The notes under the pieces: model-generated
The model's input: the letters and a program-made list of their open reading frames with translations, nothing else
What the model was told of the DNA's origin: nothing
Databases searched by the model: none
Translations under genes and position numbers: made by a program
Assembly: GCA_963703225.1 (NCBI GenBank)
Contig: OY969801.1
Span: 2,196,669-2,260,668 of the forward strand
Source: Candidatus Eiseniibacteriota bacterium
Lineage (GTDB): Bacteria > Eisenbacteria > RBG-16-71-46 > SZUA-252
Direction: 5' to 3'
DNA length: 64,000 nt
Shown: positions 42,381-51,108 of the stretch, in pieces
How positions within the stretch are numbered: position 1 is the first letter of the stretch
How the letters are laid out: each line of letters starts with the position of its first letter

Positions 42381-43066
42381 TTTTGAGGGAATTTCTTGAA
42401 CGCCAAGCGGATCAGGTCGCCCGCGACGTCCTCATAACGAGGAGGATCGGTCGCCTTCCGCGACTGGATGTATCCCGTTTCGTCGTAGGTGACGGAACCG
42501 CTGGAGACATCCACCTCCTGGGCAAAGCGCTGCTCGCGCGGGTCCTTCTCCCACGTCTTCTTGAAGGTCTTCAGGTCGAAGAGGGCGAATTGGAGGCCGA
42601 CGGTCGTGTTCGACTCTCCCCGGCCGATCACGTTCACCCGAACGTTCTCCCACTCCGCGACTTTGACAAAGAGAATCGCGTCCACCTGTAAGAGCGAATC
42701 CAGCCCCTCGACCGAGGTCGAGTCGAGGGTGCCGTACTTGGCCCACCGATCGGTCAGCTTCATGGAGCGATCGAGCATGCTCCGAGACTCGAGAATCCGC
42801 TCGGTGTCCGTGGGATGAAGGAACCGGGCCCGTTCGGGGGGCACCCCCTTCAGGCGTTCGCGGATCAGATCTCCCATGATCTTGGTCGCGCCGAGATCCG
42901 CGGAGCCGTTGAGGATCGGCATGATCGCCACGCGGATCGGTGGGGCCGGCGGAGCCTGCGGGGCCTTGTCGCTTGCCTTGTCCTCCTTCGCGGCGATCGA
43001 TGCGACGGCCAAAAGGGCGAGCGCGGCAAGCGCCGCGATGGAACGCGTGGACCGATGCTGGAACAT
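42377..43066 (-). CDS. Exported hypothetical protein (alpha/beta fold, DUF799/CsgG-like)
   Basis: Signal peptide and GAGGTG RBS before ATG 43066. The RVAIMPILNGS motif is only reminiscent of that family. Confidence 0.6.
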   Translation of the reverse strand: MFQHRSTRSIAALAALALLAVASIAAKEDKASDKAPQAPPAPPIRVAIMPILNGSADLGATKIMGDLIRERLKGVPPERARFLHPTDTERILESRSMLDRSMKLTDRWAKYGTLDSTSVEGLDSLLQVDAILFVKVAEWENVRVNVIGRGESNTTVGLQFALFDLKTFKKTWEKDPREQRFAQEVDVSSGSVTYDETGYIQSRKATDPPRYEDVAGDLIRLAFKKFPQK

Positions 43067-43131
43067 GATCTTCACCTCAGCGGGGCGACTCACGGCGTGG
43101 GGAATGGAGGCGGCGCTTCTGTTTGATTATG

Positions 43132-43208
43132 TGGCGCGCCCAGGAGGATTTGAACCCCCAACCTTCTGATCCGTAGTCAGACACTCTATCCAGTTGAGCT
43201 ATGGGCGC
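43132..43208 (-). tRNA. tRNA-Arg(ACG)
   Basis: tctga-CTACGGA-tcaga, CCA. Confidence 0.97.
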
Positions 43209-43235
43209 GCGCGACTGCTTTCCCGGGACCCGAGA

Positions 43236-43327
43236 TGGCGGAGAGGAGAGGATTCGAACCTCCGGACCGGTTTTACCCGATCAACCGCTTAGCAGGCGGC
43301 TGCCTTCAGCCACTCGGCCACCTCTCC
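43236..43327 (-). tRNA. tRNA-Ser(GCT)
   Basis: Anticodon loop CTGCTAA, long variable arm, CCA. Confidence 0.97.
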
Positions 43328-43381
43328 CCAGGCATGCAATCCTATTCAGCCGTAGCATGATAGCCGGGGTGGTACCGCCGG

Positions 43382-44329
43382 TCAAGGCGGCGCGGCCGGG
43401 CGCCCTCCCGAGAGATCCCATGCAGGCTCCACGTGGATCGTCACTTCCACCAGTTGCGGAAATTGACGCTGCAGATCCTCCTTAACCCCGTGGGCCAGGG
43501 CATGGCTCTCCCTCACCGACATGTCTGGCGCGACCTCCAGGTGCATGTCGGCGACGTAGTAGATACCCATTTTCCGCATGAGAAGTTTCTCCACTTTGTA
43601 GACCCCCGGCCGGGCCTCCGCGACCCGTCTCGCGTCTTCCACCAGGTAGCGGGCGGGGCTCGTGTCCATCAGCTCCTGGACCGCGGGATGGAGCTGCCGC
43701 CACCCCGTCAGAATGATGATCCCGCTCGCGAAGAGCGCGGCCCAGCTGTCGGCGGCCTCGAACCGCTTGCCGCCGACCAGCGCGAGGGCGATCCCGATCG
43801 CCGCCGCCCCGGAGGTGATCGCGTCCGCGCGGTGGTGCCAGGCATCGGTGCGGACGGCATGGCTCCCCGTCTCCCGCCCGACCCGGGACACGAACCGAAA
43901 CATGATTTCTTTGATCACCACGACGCCGATGACGACCGCGAGCGTGAAGGGGGCTGGGCCTTGGTGCGGAATCACGATCTGGTGGACCGACTCCGTGGCG
44001 ATCCCCACGCCCGCGCCGATCAGGAGGATCGCCACGAACGCGGCGGCGAGCGGCTCCGCCTTTCCGTGTCCGTACGGGTGGTCGGCGTCGGGCGGACGGG
44101 ACGCGACGTCGAGCCCGCCCCAGACGACGAGCGATCCCACCGAATCGCCGAGTGACTCCACCGCGTCGGCGACCAGGGCTTGGCTGTGTCCGAAAATTCC
44201 CGCCGCGAGCTTGCCCAGCCCCAGGAGGAGATTGACGGCGAGGCCGACGAGGCTGGAGCGCTTGCCTCGAACGTAGGGATTGGGGCTGGCGGGGCGTCCC
44301 GCGCGGACTTTGGAAGGCGGCTCGATCAT
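43382..44329 (-). CDS. Cation diffusion facilitator (FieF-like) transporter
   Basis: SQALVADAVES, PPDADHPYGHGKAE, DAWHHRADAITS, C-terminal VTIHVEP. Confidence 0.93.
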   Translation of the reverse strand: MIEPPSKVRAGRPASPNPYVRGKRSSLVGLAVNLLLGLGKLAAGIFGHSQALVADAVESLGDSVGSLVVWGGLDVASRPPDADHPYGHGKAEPLAAAFVAILLIGAGVGIATESVHQIVIPHQGPAPFTLAVVIGVVVIKEIMFRFVSRVGRETGSHAVRTDAWHHRADAITSGAAAIGIALALVGGKRFEAADSWAALFASGIIILTGWRQLHPAVQELMDTSPARYLVEDARRVAEARPGVYKVEKLLMRKMGIYYVADMHLEVAPDMSVRESHALAHGVKEDLQRQFPQLVEVTIHVEPAWDLSGGRPAAPP

Positions 44330-44332
44330 TTC

Positions 44333-45601
44333 TTATCGAAGTCGGTGCGCGAGCTCGACGGGGTCTACGTACACCGTGAAGCCTTCCTTCTCCACCCGCT
44401 CGAGATAGATCGACTGCGGTGCGTCGGCGTGATCGTACCGGAATCCGCCCACCTTGCCGAACTCAAAGCCCGCGCCCCATCCCGAAGTATCGCCGATGAC
44501 GGTTCCCGTCGGATCGTCAATGTGGCCGTTCCTAAGAGTGAAAATGTTCAGGAACGTGAGCTCCCATCCGGTCAGACCGATCTCCTGGCCCGACTTGGAC
44601 ATCGTGGTAGGCGTATTGGGAGTGCTCGGAGGTGGTACCAAACGTGATGAGAGGCTGAAGGATATCCACGATCCAACCGAATCGCTTCGCCGCGGAGGGA
44701 TTTCTCGGCACGCGCCGGGAGCGCCAAATCGACGTGGAATGCACCTCCCCAGTGCGAATCCTTGGCGATCGGGTCAGGCTGACTTGTATCGATAGTACGT
44801 TATCGTCGCGTCGTTGTCGAAATTGATGGCCGAAGAACCGTAACTGGCGTCGATGCGCGTTCGGACGAAGCGGTCAATCCAAGGGATAAACCCGGGGTAG
44901 TCGATCGAATTGTAGGGCGTGATCCGGATCAGCAGTCCGTGGTCTCGCTCGTCCGCCTCGCCGTATCCCGCGAGCCCGTCCAGGGTCACGCTGGCGGGAA
45001 ACAAGTCCACCTGGATCGACTTCCAGGTTTGCCCCAACGACACGTCGGCGTAGCGGCTAATCAGAGGGAGATCGAACCCGGCGACCCGTCCCAGGTTCTC
45101 GAGTAGCTCCGCCACGCTGAAGCCGACGCCGATGGCCTGAATCTTCTCGGTGCTGGTGAATACGCCGATGATATTTCCATCGACGTCTGTCGCGACGCTC
45201 TTCCCGTAGTTAAGCTCGAGACCGCCGACATACTTGATGGGCTTCCCCGCCATGTAGAGGCCGATCCCCCAGTAGCCCAGGGTGATCTGATCGGAAGTGA
45301 AAGAGACGTCGTCCGCGAGATCCGGAACAAGTTGGTTCTTCCCGTGCTCGTATCGAATTCCGCGGTGATATCCGAAGAGCGCCGGATTCACCCAACCGTT
45401 CGGGTCTCCACCCCAGAACACGGCCACGCCGGCCCGCCCCATTCCCCAGGCGCGGGCCGAGGGGTCGATGAGGGTCGCTTGTGCCCCGGAAAACGCGGCT
45501 CCTTGGGCGCGGGCTTCGGTTGGCGCGATGATCGGTAGGATCATGAGGGCGCCGAGGATTCGAAGTGTGAAGCCAAATGCAACCGTGTGCGTCGTTCGCA
45601 T
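44333..45601 (-). pseudogene. PorV/FadL-like outer-membrane beta-barrel protein, broken by about 3 frameshifts
   Basis: Signal peptide then DPSARAWGMGRAGVAVFWGGDPNGWVNPA. Coding-like sequence continues through three frames (breaks near 44794, 44690, 44600) to ..GFRYDHADAPQSIYL..VYVDPV. Confidence 0.6.
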
Positions 45602-45708
45602 GGAGAGCGCCTCAGTGAGCCTGCGAAAGGCAGACGAGTAGTCTGCAACAGGCCGCCGGCGATCACAACCGAAACGTAGCTTCGATCGTGCACAGCGCAC
45701 GATCCTGC

Positions 45709-45736
45709 TTGCATCTACTCCCGGCAGTTGTATGTT
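45709..45736 (+). promoter_or_regulatory. Sigma70-like promoter for the Arg-rich gene
   Basis: TTGCAT-16 nt-TATGTT about 110 nt upstream of the ATG. Confidence 0.45.
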
Positions 45737-45846
45737 GTGTTTGAGGGCGCCATTGGATCCAACGCCCTTGTGATCATCCCGCACGGCGACGTCCGCACAT
45801 GCAGGGGACGCCGTCAAACGCTGAACCGATGCACGGGAGGTCGATG

Positions 45847-46173
45847 ATGGCAGCAAGAAGAAGAAGGAGAAAGGCGAAGAAAGCTGTCCGGAAGACCGTA
45901 CGGCGGGTAAGAAGGCGGAAGCGCGTGGCCAAGCGCAGGGTTCGCAGGGTCGTGCGCAAGACCGTCCGCCGGAGGAGAGTCAAGAAGGCCGTTCGCCGGC
46001 GCAGGACCCGTCGCGCGGTGCGGAAGACTGTCCGCCGGAGGCGAGTCAAGAAGGCCGTCCGGCGCCGGAGAGTGAAGCGGGTTGTCCGCAAGGCAGTCCG
46101 CCGTCGCAGAAGGGCCAAGAAGGCCATCTCGGCCATGATGGAAGGCGGGCCCGAGGGCGGCGGGATGTTCTAG
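45847..46173 (+). CDS. Extremely basic Arg/Lys repeat protein (protamine / histone H1 / Hc2-like)
   Basis: 108 aa with 43 Arg and 16 Lys, about 22-aa repeat VRKTVRRRRVKKAVRRRRxxRx. GGGAGG RBS upstream, terminator downstream, synonymous codon variation between repeats. Confidence 0.8.
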   Translation: MAARRRRRKAKKAVRKTVRRVRRRKRVAKRRVRRVVRKTVRRRRVKKAVRRRRTRRAVRKTVRRRRVKKAVRRRRVKRVVRKAVRRRRRAKKAISAMMEGGPEGGGMF

Positions 46174-46203
46174 CCCGACTCATCCAGATATCGGAATCAA
46201 AGG

Positions 46204-46238
46204 CCGCCGATCGGGAAACCGGTCGGCGGTTCTTTGTT
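46204..46238 (+). terminator. Intrinsic terminator after the Arg-rich gene
   Basis: ccgccgatcgg-GAAA-ccggtcggcgg followed by ttctttgtt. Confidence 0.85.
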
Positions 46239-47097
46239 AGGTTTTGGGGCCGCTCGCGGCCGCGGAGGCCGATCGAATCGCCGCACTTCCCCCAGCGAGA
46301 ACCTTGCCGAGAAAGGCATGCACCACGGTGTTGAATTGGTCCGGCCGCTGCAGCGGCGCGAAATGGCTCACGCCCGGCAGGAGGATCAATTCCGCCCCGG
46401 GGATGGTCCGGGCCAGATATTCAGCATGCTCCGGCTTGATGAACTCGTCGTTCTCGCTTTGTACGATCGCGACGGGCACATGGATCTCCGCCAAATCGCT
46501 TGCCGAATAGTTGGGCTGCGTCTTCATCATCTCGCCGACCGCATCGGAGAACGCGCCGAATTGATCCGGCGTGGCCGACAGAAGGGAATAGTCCTTGGCG
46601 TGGCGATTGAAGCACCGTTGGAGGATCGGGCCGAACACGACCTCCCTGGTGCCGCTGGGGTCCATATTGCAGCCAAAGAAGAATACGCCCGCGATACGCG
46701 CGGGCGCCTTCATCGCCAGGATCAAAGCGATGCACGCGCCGTCGCTCCAGCCGACGACGGCTGCCCTTCCCACGTGCAATGCGTCCATCACGGCTAGAAC
46801 GTCGGATGCCATCAACTCGTACGTGTAGGACCGCGAGTCGCGTGTGCTGCGGCCGTGCCCGCGGCTATCGATGAGGACGAGGCGATAGCCAGAGCTGACC
46901 AGCATGGGAACCTGATATCCCCAATTGCCACTGTGGCCGAGGCCACCGTGCAGCAAGATTACGGGAGGGCCCGACCCATACGACGCGTACCAGATTCGAG
47001 CGCCGTCGTGGTCCACGTAGCCCTGATCGCTGCTGGCCGGCAAGGGCGCCGCACCCTGTGCTGCGAACTTCGTGAGGTCGTCGTCGAAGGATTCCAT
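46237..47097 (-). CDS. Alpha/beta hydrolase
   Basis: VILLHGGLG, IDSRGHGRS, nucleophile elbow GWSDGA, LPGVSHFAPLQ. ATG 47097 chosen as start. Confidence 0.93.
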   Translation of the reverse strand: MESFDDDLTKFAAQGAAPLPASSDQGYVDHDGARIWYASYGSGPPVILLHGGLGHSGNWGYQVPMLVSSGYRLVLIDSRGHGRSTRDSRSYTYELMASDVLAVMDALHVGRAAVVGWSDGACIALILAMKAPARIAGVFFFGCNMDPSGTREVVFGPILQRCFNRHAKDYSLLSATPDQFGAFSDAVGEMMKTQPNYSASDLAEIHVPVAIVQSENDEFIKPEHAEYLARTIPGAELILLPGVSHFAPLQRPDQFNTVVHAFLGKVLAGGSAAIRSASAAASGPKT

Positions 47098-47143
47098 GTT
47101 GAGTCTGGCCGGGCCCCAGTGCCGAAGACCTGACCGATTGAAT

Positions 47144-47202
47144 TGGCGGAGGGGGTAGGATTCGAACCCACGGTGCCTTTCAGCACAGCGGTTTTCAAGA
47201 CC
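47144..47202 (-). pseudogene. 3' half of tRNA-Ser(TGA), att-site duplication
   Basis: Runs from GGTCTTGAAA through CCA. Matches 54688-54746 except for 2 substitutions in the variable arm (GTGCT-GAAA-GGCAC vs GTGCC-GCAA-GGCAC). Confidence 0.95.
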
Positions 47203-47320
47203 TATCACTCCCGGGAGAGCATCGACGAACATCGACGAGAAGCCACCATTTCCGCATAAGTTACCCCTCACACTCCAACGATCATTCTCTCCCATGTTTG
47301 CCCTTGCGTGCTCGTGTTTT

Positions 47321-47342
47321 GGTGACCGCTAGGTGACCGCGC
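47321..47342. repeat. Tandem 11-bp-period arm-type site (ggtgaccgc x2)
   Basis: ggtgaccgcta-ggtgaccgcgc, about 120 bp inside the att duplicate. A 10-bp tandem atcgacgaac-atcgacgaga also lies at 47221-47240. Confidence 0.65.
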
Positions 47343-47403
47343 ACTCTCGAGCGCGTTGTCTGCGTCGCCGCCCGAGTCATGGGTCTTGTTGCAGAAGCCG
47401 CGG

Positions 47404-47646
47404 TCAGGGTCGCCCGTCCGGACCACGCCGCCAATCCGGCGTGAACACGAAGTAGTGGCCGAGCACCAGCTCGGCGGGCAGCCCGTTCAACCGGCACAGG
47501 AGCCACGTGTGGTAGGCGTGCTCCCGGCAGAACAGGCCGAAATCGAGCCCGCCACCGTCGACTATCCGCGACAGCTCGGTGTAGAGGTGGTTCAGCTGCC
47601 GCTTCACAGCGCGAGTCAGGATCCTCCGAGTCAGGCCCTCCGTCAC
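47404..47646 (-). CDS. Small hypothetical protein, probably a phage-like remnant
   Basis: 80-aa ORF whose GTG overlaps the stop of an upstream truncated frame ending IGTEYGIVIEEL*. Confidence 0.45.
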   Translation of the reverse strand: MTEGLTRRILTRAVKRQLNHLYTELSRIVDGGGLDFGLFCREHAYHTWLLCRLNGLPAELVLGHYFVFTPDWRRGPDGRP

Positions 47647-47680
47647 AGCTCCTCGATCACGATGCCGTACTCGGTTCCGA

Positions 47681-48712
47681 TCACCGCTTGACCTCCCAGG
47701 GCCGCGCCTGACGGTCGAGATCGGCGGCGACCCGAGCGTAGGGCATGCCCGAGATGGACAGAACCGACTTCGACTCTGGCATCAGCGTCACGTATTTTGC
47801 CGTCGTGCCGCCTCGAAAGTCTCTCACCAGGAGGCGGCCGAGCCTCCGCCAGCCGCGGTCGCCGAGCCTGCCGCTGAGCGCGCGACGGAATGCGTTGGCC
47901 ACGATGTCCGCCAGGCGCAGCCCCGAACTCGCTCGCGAGTCCTCAAAGCGCAGATCCGCCATGATCTTTCGGATGTCGCTGGAGTGGAACGGTCCGGCGC
48001 GGCCCGCCGGCATTCCCCTCTGGAGGTGATCAGGCGCTTTCGGCAGCGTGGGATTCTGGAAGGGGGCCATCGCGGAGTAGTCGAACCCCTTGAGGGAGAT
48101 CAAGCCCTCGCGAAGGGAGATCGTCTGAACCATTGGCATCACGATGTCGGTCCACGTCCGCTCGTAGTCCGTCGGCTTGCTCTCCTTCGCGTCGAGGCGC
48201 CACGAGAAGTTGCCGAGCGACTTCGGCTCGGTCTGGACGAAGCGAATCTCGCCCGCCTGCAGCGTGTTCCAGACGGCCTGCGTCAGCAGCGCTGACTGGG
48301 TGTACAGGGGAACGGAGATCGCCTCGACGCGGGAGGCGAGCGCACGGGCGTCCTCCCGCGCGGACTCCTTGAACTCCGGCCGGTCAGTCGAAGCGCGAAT
48401 CTTCTCCGCCTGCCCCCGTCTGTGCGCCTCGATATCGGCTTTGGTGTGCCGACCCATGTCGATCACGACGACGGTCAGCATCACATTGAAGTTGGTCAGA
48501 TGGGTGACCACCTTGTCGACCTGGCGCTCCGACAGCTGGCTACCCTTCGGCTCCACCTTGCCGAGCCTCCAGCCGGAGACGATCCGCTCGAACCCCGTCA
48601 GGACGACCTGCAGATCCTTCTCCCCGACGGCCAGCGCGGCGACGCAGCAGATGGACGGCGAGCCGTCGGACGGGAACGCGAAAGGGCCCGACTCGTCTAT
48701 GAAGATGTGCAA
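47681..48712 (-). CDS. DUF3800 (RNase H-like fold) protein
   Basis: N-terminal IFIDESG, C-terminal SGLRLADIVANAF. TTG start. Confidence 0.8.
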   Translation of the reverse strand: MHIFIDESGPFAFPSDGSPSICCVAALAVGEKDLQVVLTGFERIVSGWRLGKVEPKGSQLSERQVDKVVTHLTNFNVMLTVVVIDMGRHTKADIEAHRRGQAEKIRASTDRPEFKESAREDARALASRVEAISVPLYTQSALLTQAVWNTLQAGEIRFVQTEPKSLGNFSWRLDAKESKPTDYERTWTDIVMPMVQTISLREGLISLKGFDYSAMAPFQNPTLPKAPDHLQRGMPAGRAGPFHSSDIRKIMADLRFEDSRASSGLRLADIVANAFRRALSGRLGDRGWRRLGRLLVRDFRGGTTAKYVTLMPESKSVLSISGMPYARVAADLDRQARPWEVKR

Positions 48713-48770
48713 CAGCCCCCCGTCAACGCACCTTCACGATCACGCGGCTTCCCCTCGAACGACCGCACCT

Positions 48771-49035
48771 TCATTCCTCCCACAGACCTCGGCCTTCCTT
48801 CCTCGCCTTCTTCTCCAGCTTCCGAAACTCTCATCAGCTTGTTCGGGTGTACCGATTCGGGGGTGTCCACACCGATCAGCCGCACCGTCTCGGTCTTGCT
48901 CCCGATCTTCACCTTGATTGTGTCGCCATCGACGACCCTGACGACCTTGCCCCGCTCAGCGGCGTGCGCGAGTACCGGCAGCAGGACCGCTAACGCAAGT
49001 AGCGACCGAAGGAGCCGCCGCGAACCCGGGCTCAC
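48771..49035 (-). pseudogene. Thermonuclease (SNase) gene with a large internal deletion
   Basis: Signal peptide and VVRVVDGDTIKV..VRLIGVDTPESVHPNK join directly (near 48840) to the out-of-frame C-terminus EFRKLEKKARKEGRGLWEE*. Confidence 0.8.
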
Positions 49036-49064
49036 GCCGGCATTTGCCGTCGAGGATTGCAAGT

Positions 49065-49832
49065 TTAGTCCCCGCTCTTCGTTGTGCTGAGGGGCTGTGC
49101 CTTGGGTTCCAGGTCGGCCGCCGTAAACTTGCTCGAGAATTTTCGAGCCTCTTCTAGAACCGGTTCAGTAGGAGCTTCCATCACGCGCCCATCAGCGAGA
49201 CGAACCCGAGCAACGTACCCTATGGACGCGTAGTGCGCCTGGACATCATTCTCTGAGTACAGGTTCCACTCCCCAATAAGCTCCCTTGTGCCGACACTCG
49301 CGTCACCGACCTCCACGAAACTGAGGGTCCTCACATGATTCCCCCAGATGTCGAAGGTGAGAAAGTTCACCTGTACCGCCCTGATCGAATCCTTGACTGT
49401 GACTCTGAATCTGCTGCGATAGCGATATCCGTTTGCATAGAGCGTGGTTACTCCTGGAGTCCCCTCGAGATCTACCGGAATTACGCGGAAGTGCACGGCT
49501 ATCCACTCGCGCCTAAGCGAGGAGTTCTTGGCGACGGCAATCCCAAGTCCCAAATTAGTGGTTATGCTGCCGCCGTCGGCACGTGTAACGGTGGCACCTG
49601 CACTTTCGGATTTGGGCGCGACCGGTGCTTGAGCGGAGGACGACGTGTCCTTCTTGTGACGGATTGAAAGCAGATTCTCCGACGCGAAGCTTCGCACCGC
49701 CAGGTCGGCAATGACCAGAACCGTCACCGCCCCGGTGAGGATGGACAGAACGGTCGCAGTCCGGACCTTTGTCGCCGGAATGAGGCGAGTCAGCACATAG
49801 AGGCCGAGAACGATGCCAATCTCTTGAATCAT
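49065..49832 (-). CDS. Membrane-anchored hypothetical protein
   Basis: 255 aa, two N-terminal hydrophobic segments, beta-rich C-terminal domain, AGGAG RBS. Confidence 0.75.
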   Translation of the reverse strand: MIQEIGIVLGLYVLTRLIPATKVRTATVLSILTGAVTVLVIADLAVRSFASENLLSIRHKKDTSSSAQAPVAPKSESAGATVTRADGGSITTNLGLGIAVAKNSSLRREWIAVHFRVIPVDLEGTPGVTTLYANGYRYRSRFRVTVKDSIRAVQVNFLTFDIWGNHVRTLSFVEVGDASVGTRELIGEWNLYSENDVQAHYASIGYVARVRLADGRVMEAPTEPVLEEARKFSSKFTAADLEPKAQPLSTTKSGD

Positions 49833-49971
49833 GGTCGCTCCTTTGGAGCTTGTGCAGAGCGCTCCCTCGACCTAGCGAGTGTCCGACGCGCCCCTGTCGA
49901 GATGACTTCGACCAACTGATGGCAGATCAGTATCACGGTAAGGATTGATGTGCTCGGCGCGAAACCAGGAG

Positions 49972-50805
49972 TCAGCCTCGCCATCTTTTACGCCGCTGAA
50001 GTGCTGTCGTGTACCGGCACTGCGGATATGACGTGCAGCCCATGAACTTTCCCCTCGGACCCTTGATGGTGCGCAGCGGACTGCCGCACCTTGGGCAGAC
50101 GCCCGGCTCTGCGGTGGGCGTCGGGTTGAAGTCGCCGGGGACGACATCGCCCTCAGAAAGATGTTCCAGCAGGAGAGCTTGTAGCTGCGGCAATTCGATG
50201 ATCGAAATGGCCTTCCCCTTGATCCATTCCTGCGCCTGCGGCGACACCTTGCCCGTAGTAACCACGAAGGCTGACGACGCTTCCGTTGCGTGCATCGTTC
50301 CGTAGAGGTCTCTTAGGATCGGCTCACCAACGGAACCCTTCACCCGCTTACATTGGATGATCGACTTCTTCCCCTCGCGGGTCGCGTAGGCGTCCACCCC
50401 TCCATCACCGGTATACGGTGTGCGGGCCACTTCGTATCCCATGCGCTCGAATAGCTGGCAAACCAGTTCCTCAAAGTCCCTCGGGTCCATGGCCCGTACA
50501 AACTCCGGCAGTCGGATTTGTGCTAGCCACTCGGCCCGCCGCCGCCGGTGTTCGGCAGCCCGTGCTCGCGCTTCCTCCTCCTGGCGGAGCCGGGCTTCCT
50601 CGACACATTGCGGGCATAACGTCGGCACTGCTGCAGCACCCCGAAGGCCGTGGGCGCAGGGTTCAATCGCACGAGCGCGCCTTCCCCGTTGCTCTCTCCA
50701 GGCCCTTTCAATTGGGGAGAAGAGTACGGCGCCCAAGAATGGCACTACGATCCAGAGGATCCAAGGGCCGCCCAGCACATAGCCCAGTACCTTCCCGAAA
50801 TCCAT
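49972..50805 (-). CDS. Mrr-family restriction endonuclease with N-terminal TM and C-terminal topoisomerase-type Zn ribbon
   Basis: MDPRDFEELVCQLFERMGY, GDGGVDA, IQCKR, C-terminal CPRCG..GKFMGCTSYPQC. N-terminal TM and CAHG..CPQC. Confidence 0.9.
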   Translation of the reverse strand: MDFGKVLGYVLGGPWILWIVVPFLGAVLFSPIERAWREQRGRRARAIEPCAHGLRGAAAVPTLCPQCVEEARLRQEEEARARAAEHRRRRAEWLAQIRLPEFVRAMDPRDFEELVCQLFERMGYEVARTPYTGDGGVDAYATREGKKSIIQCKRVKGSVGEPILRDLYGTMHATEASSAFVVTTGKVSPQAQEWIKGKAISIIELPQLQALLLEHLSEGDVVPGDFNPTPTAEPGVCPRCGSPLRTIKGPRGKFMGCTSYPQCRYTTALQRRKRWRG

Positions 50806-50860
50806 GCCCCAGTCTATACCCAGGCCACAGTCTGGGTGGAATGGCCGAACACGGGGCTAG

Positions 50861-50995
50861 CCTCACCCTCTCAGCCCTGAGCTTCGCGTGGGACTCCGCG
50901 CCGGGTGGGGATGACCTGAGGCGGGCCGGCGGACAGGCAAGGCGACCGGGGGAACCCCGCCCCCGGGGTGATCTCGCGTCCTCGTGGCAATCCGC
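50861..50995 (+). repeat. Dispersed direct repeat, copy 1 (about 135 bp)
   Basis: Core agccc-N-gag-ttcgc-tgggactccgcgccgggtgg-ga-gacctgaggcgggcc shared with 52794-52870 and 54234-54362. Confidence 0.92.
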
Positions 50996-51108
50996 CGCAG
51001 TAGGTGGGGCCGCGACGGGCTCCGCCGTGCCTGCGCCGGGTGAGGGGACGCCAACCTGGATCCCGGGCCGGGTTGACTCCCGGCGGCTGCTGGGTGTTTG
51101 CTTTCGAG

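Noticed and set aside
46959-47295. ORFs starting in or crossing tRNA sequence (MKTAVLKGTVGSNPTPS.., the N-terminal extension of the hydrolase, 54611-54913, 41405-41743)
   Set aside because: They are translations of tRNA/att sequence, not proteins.
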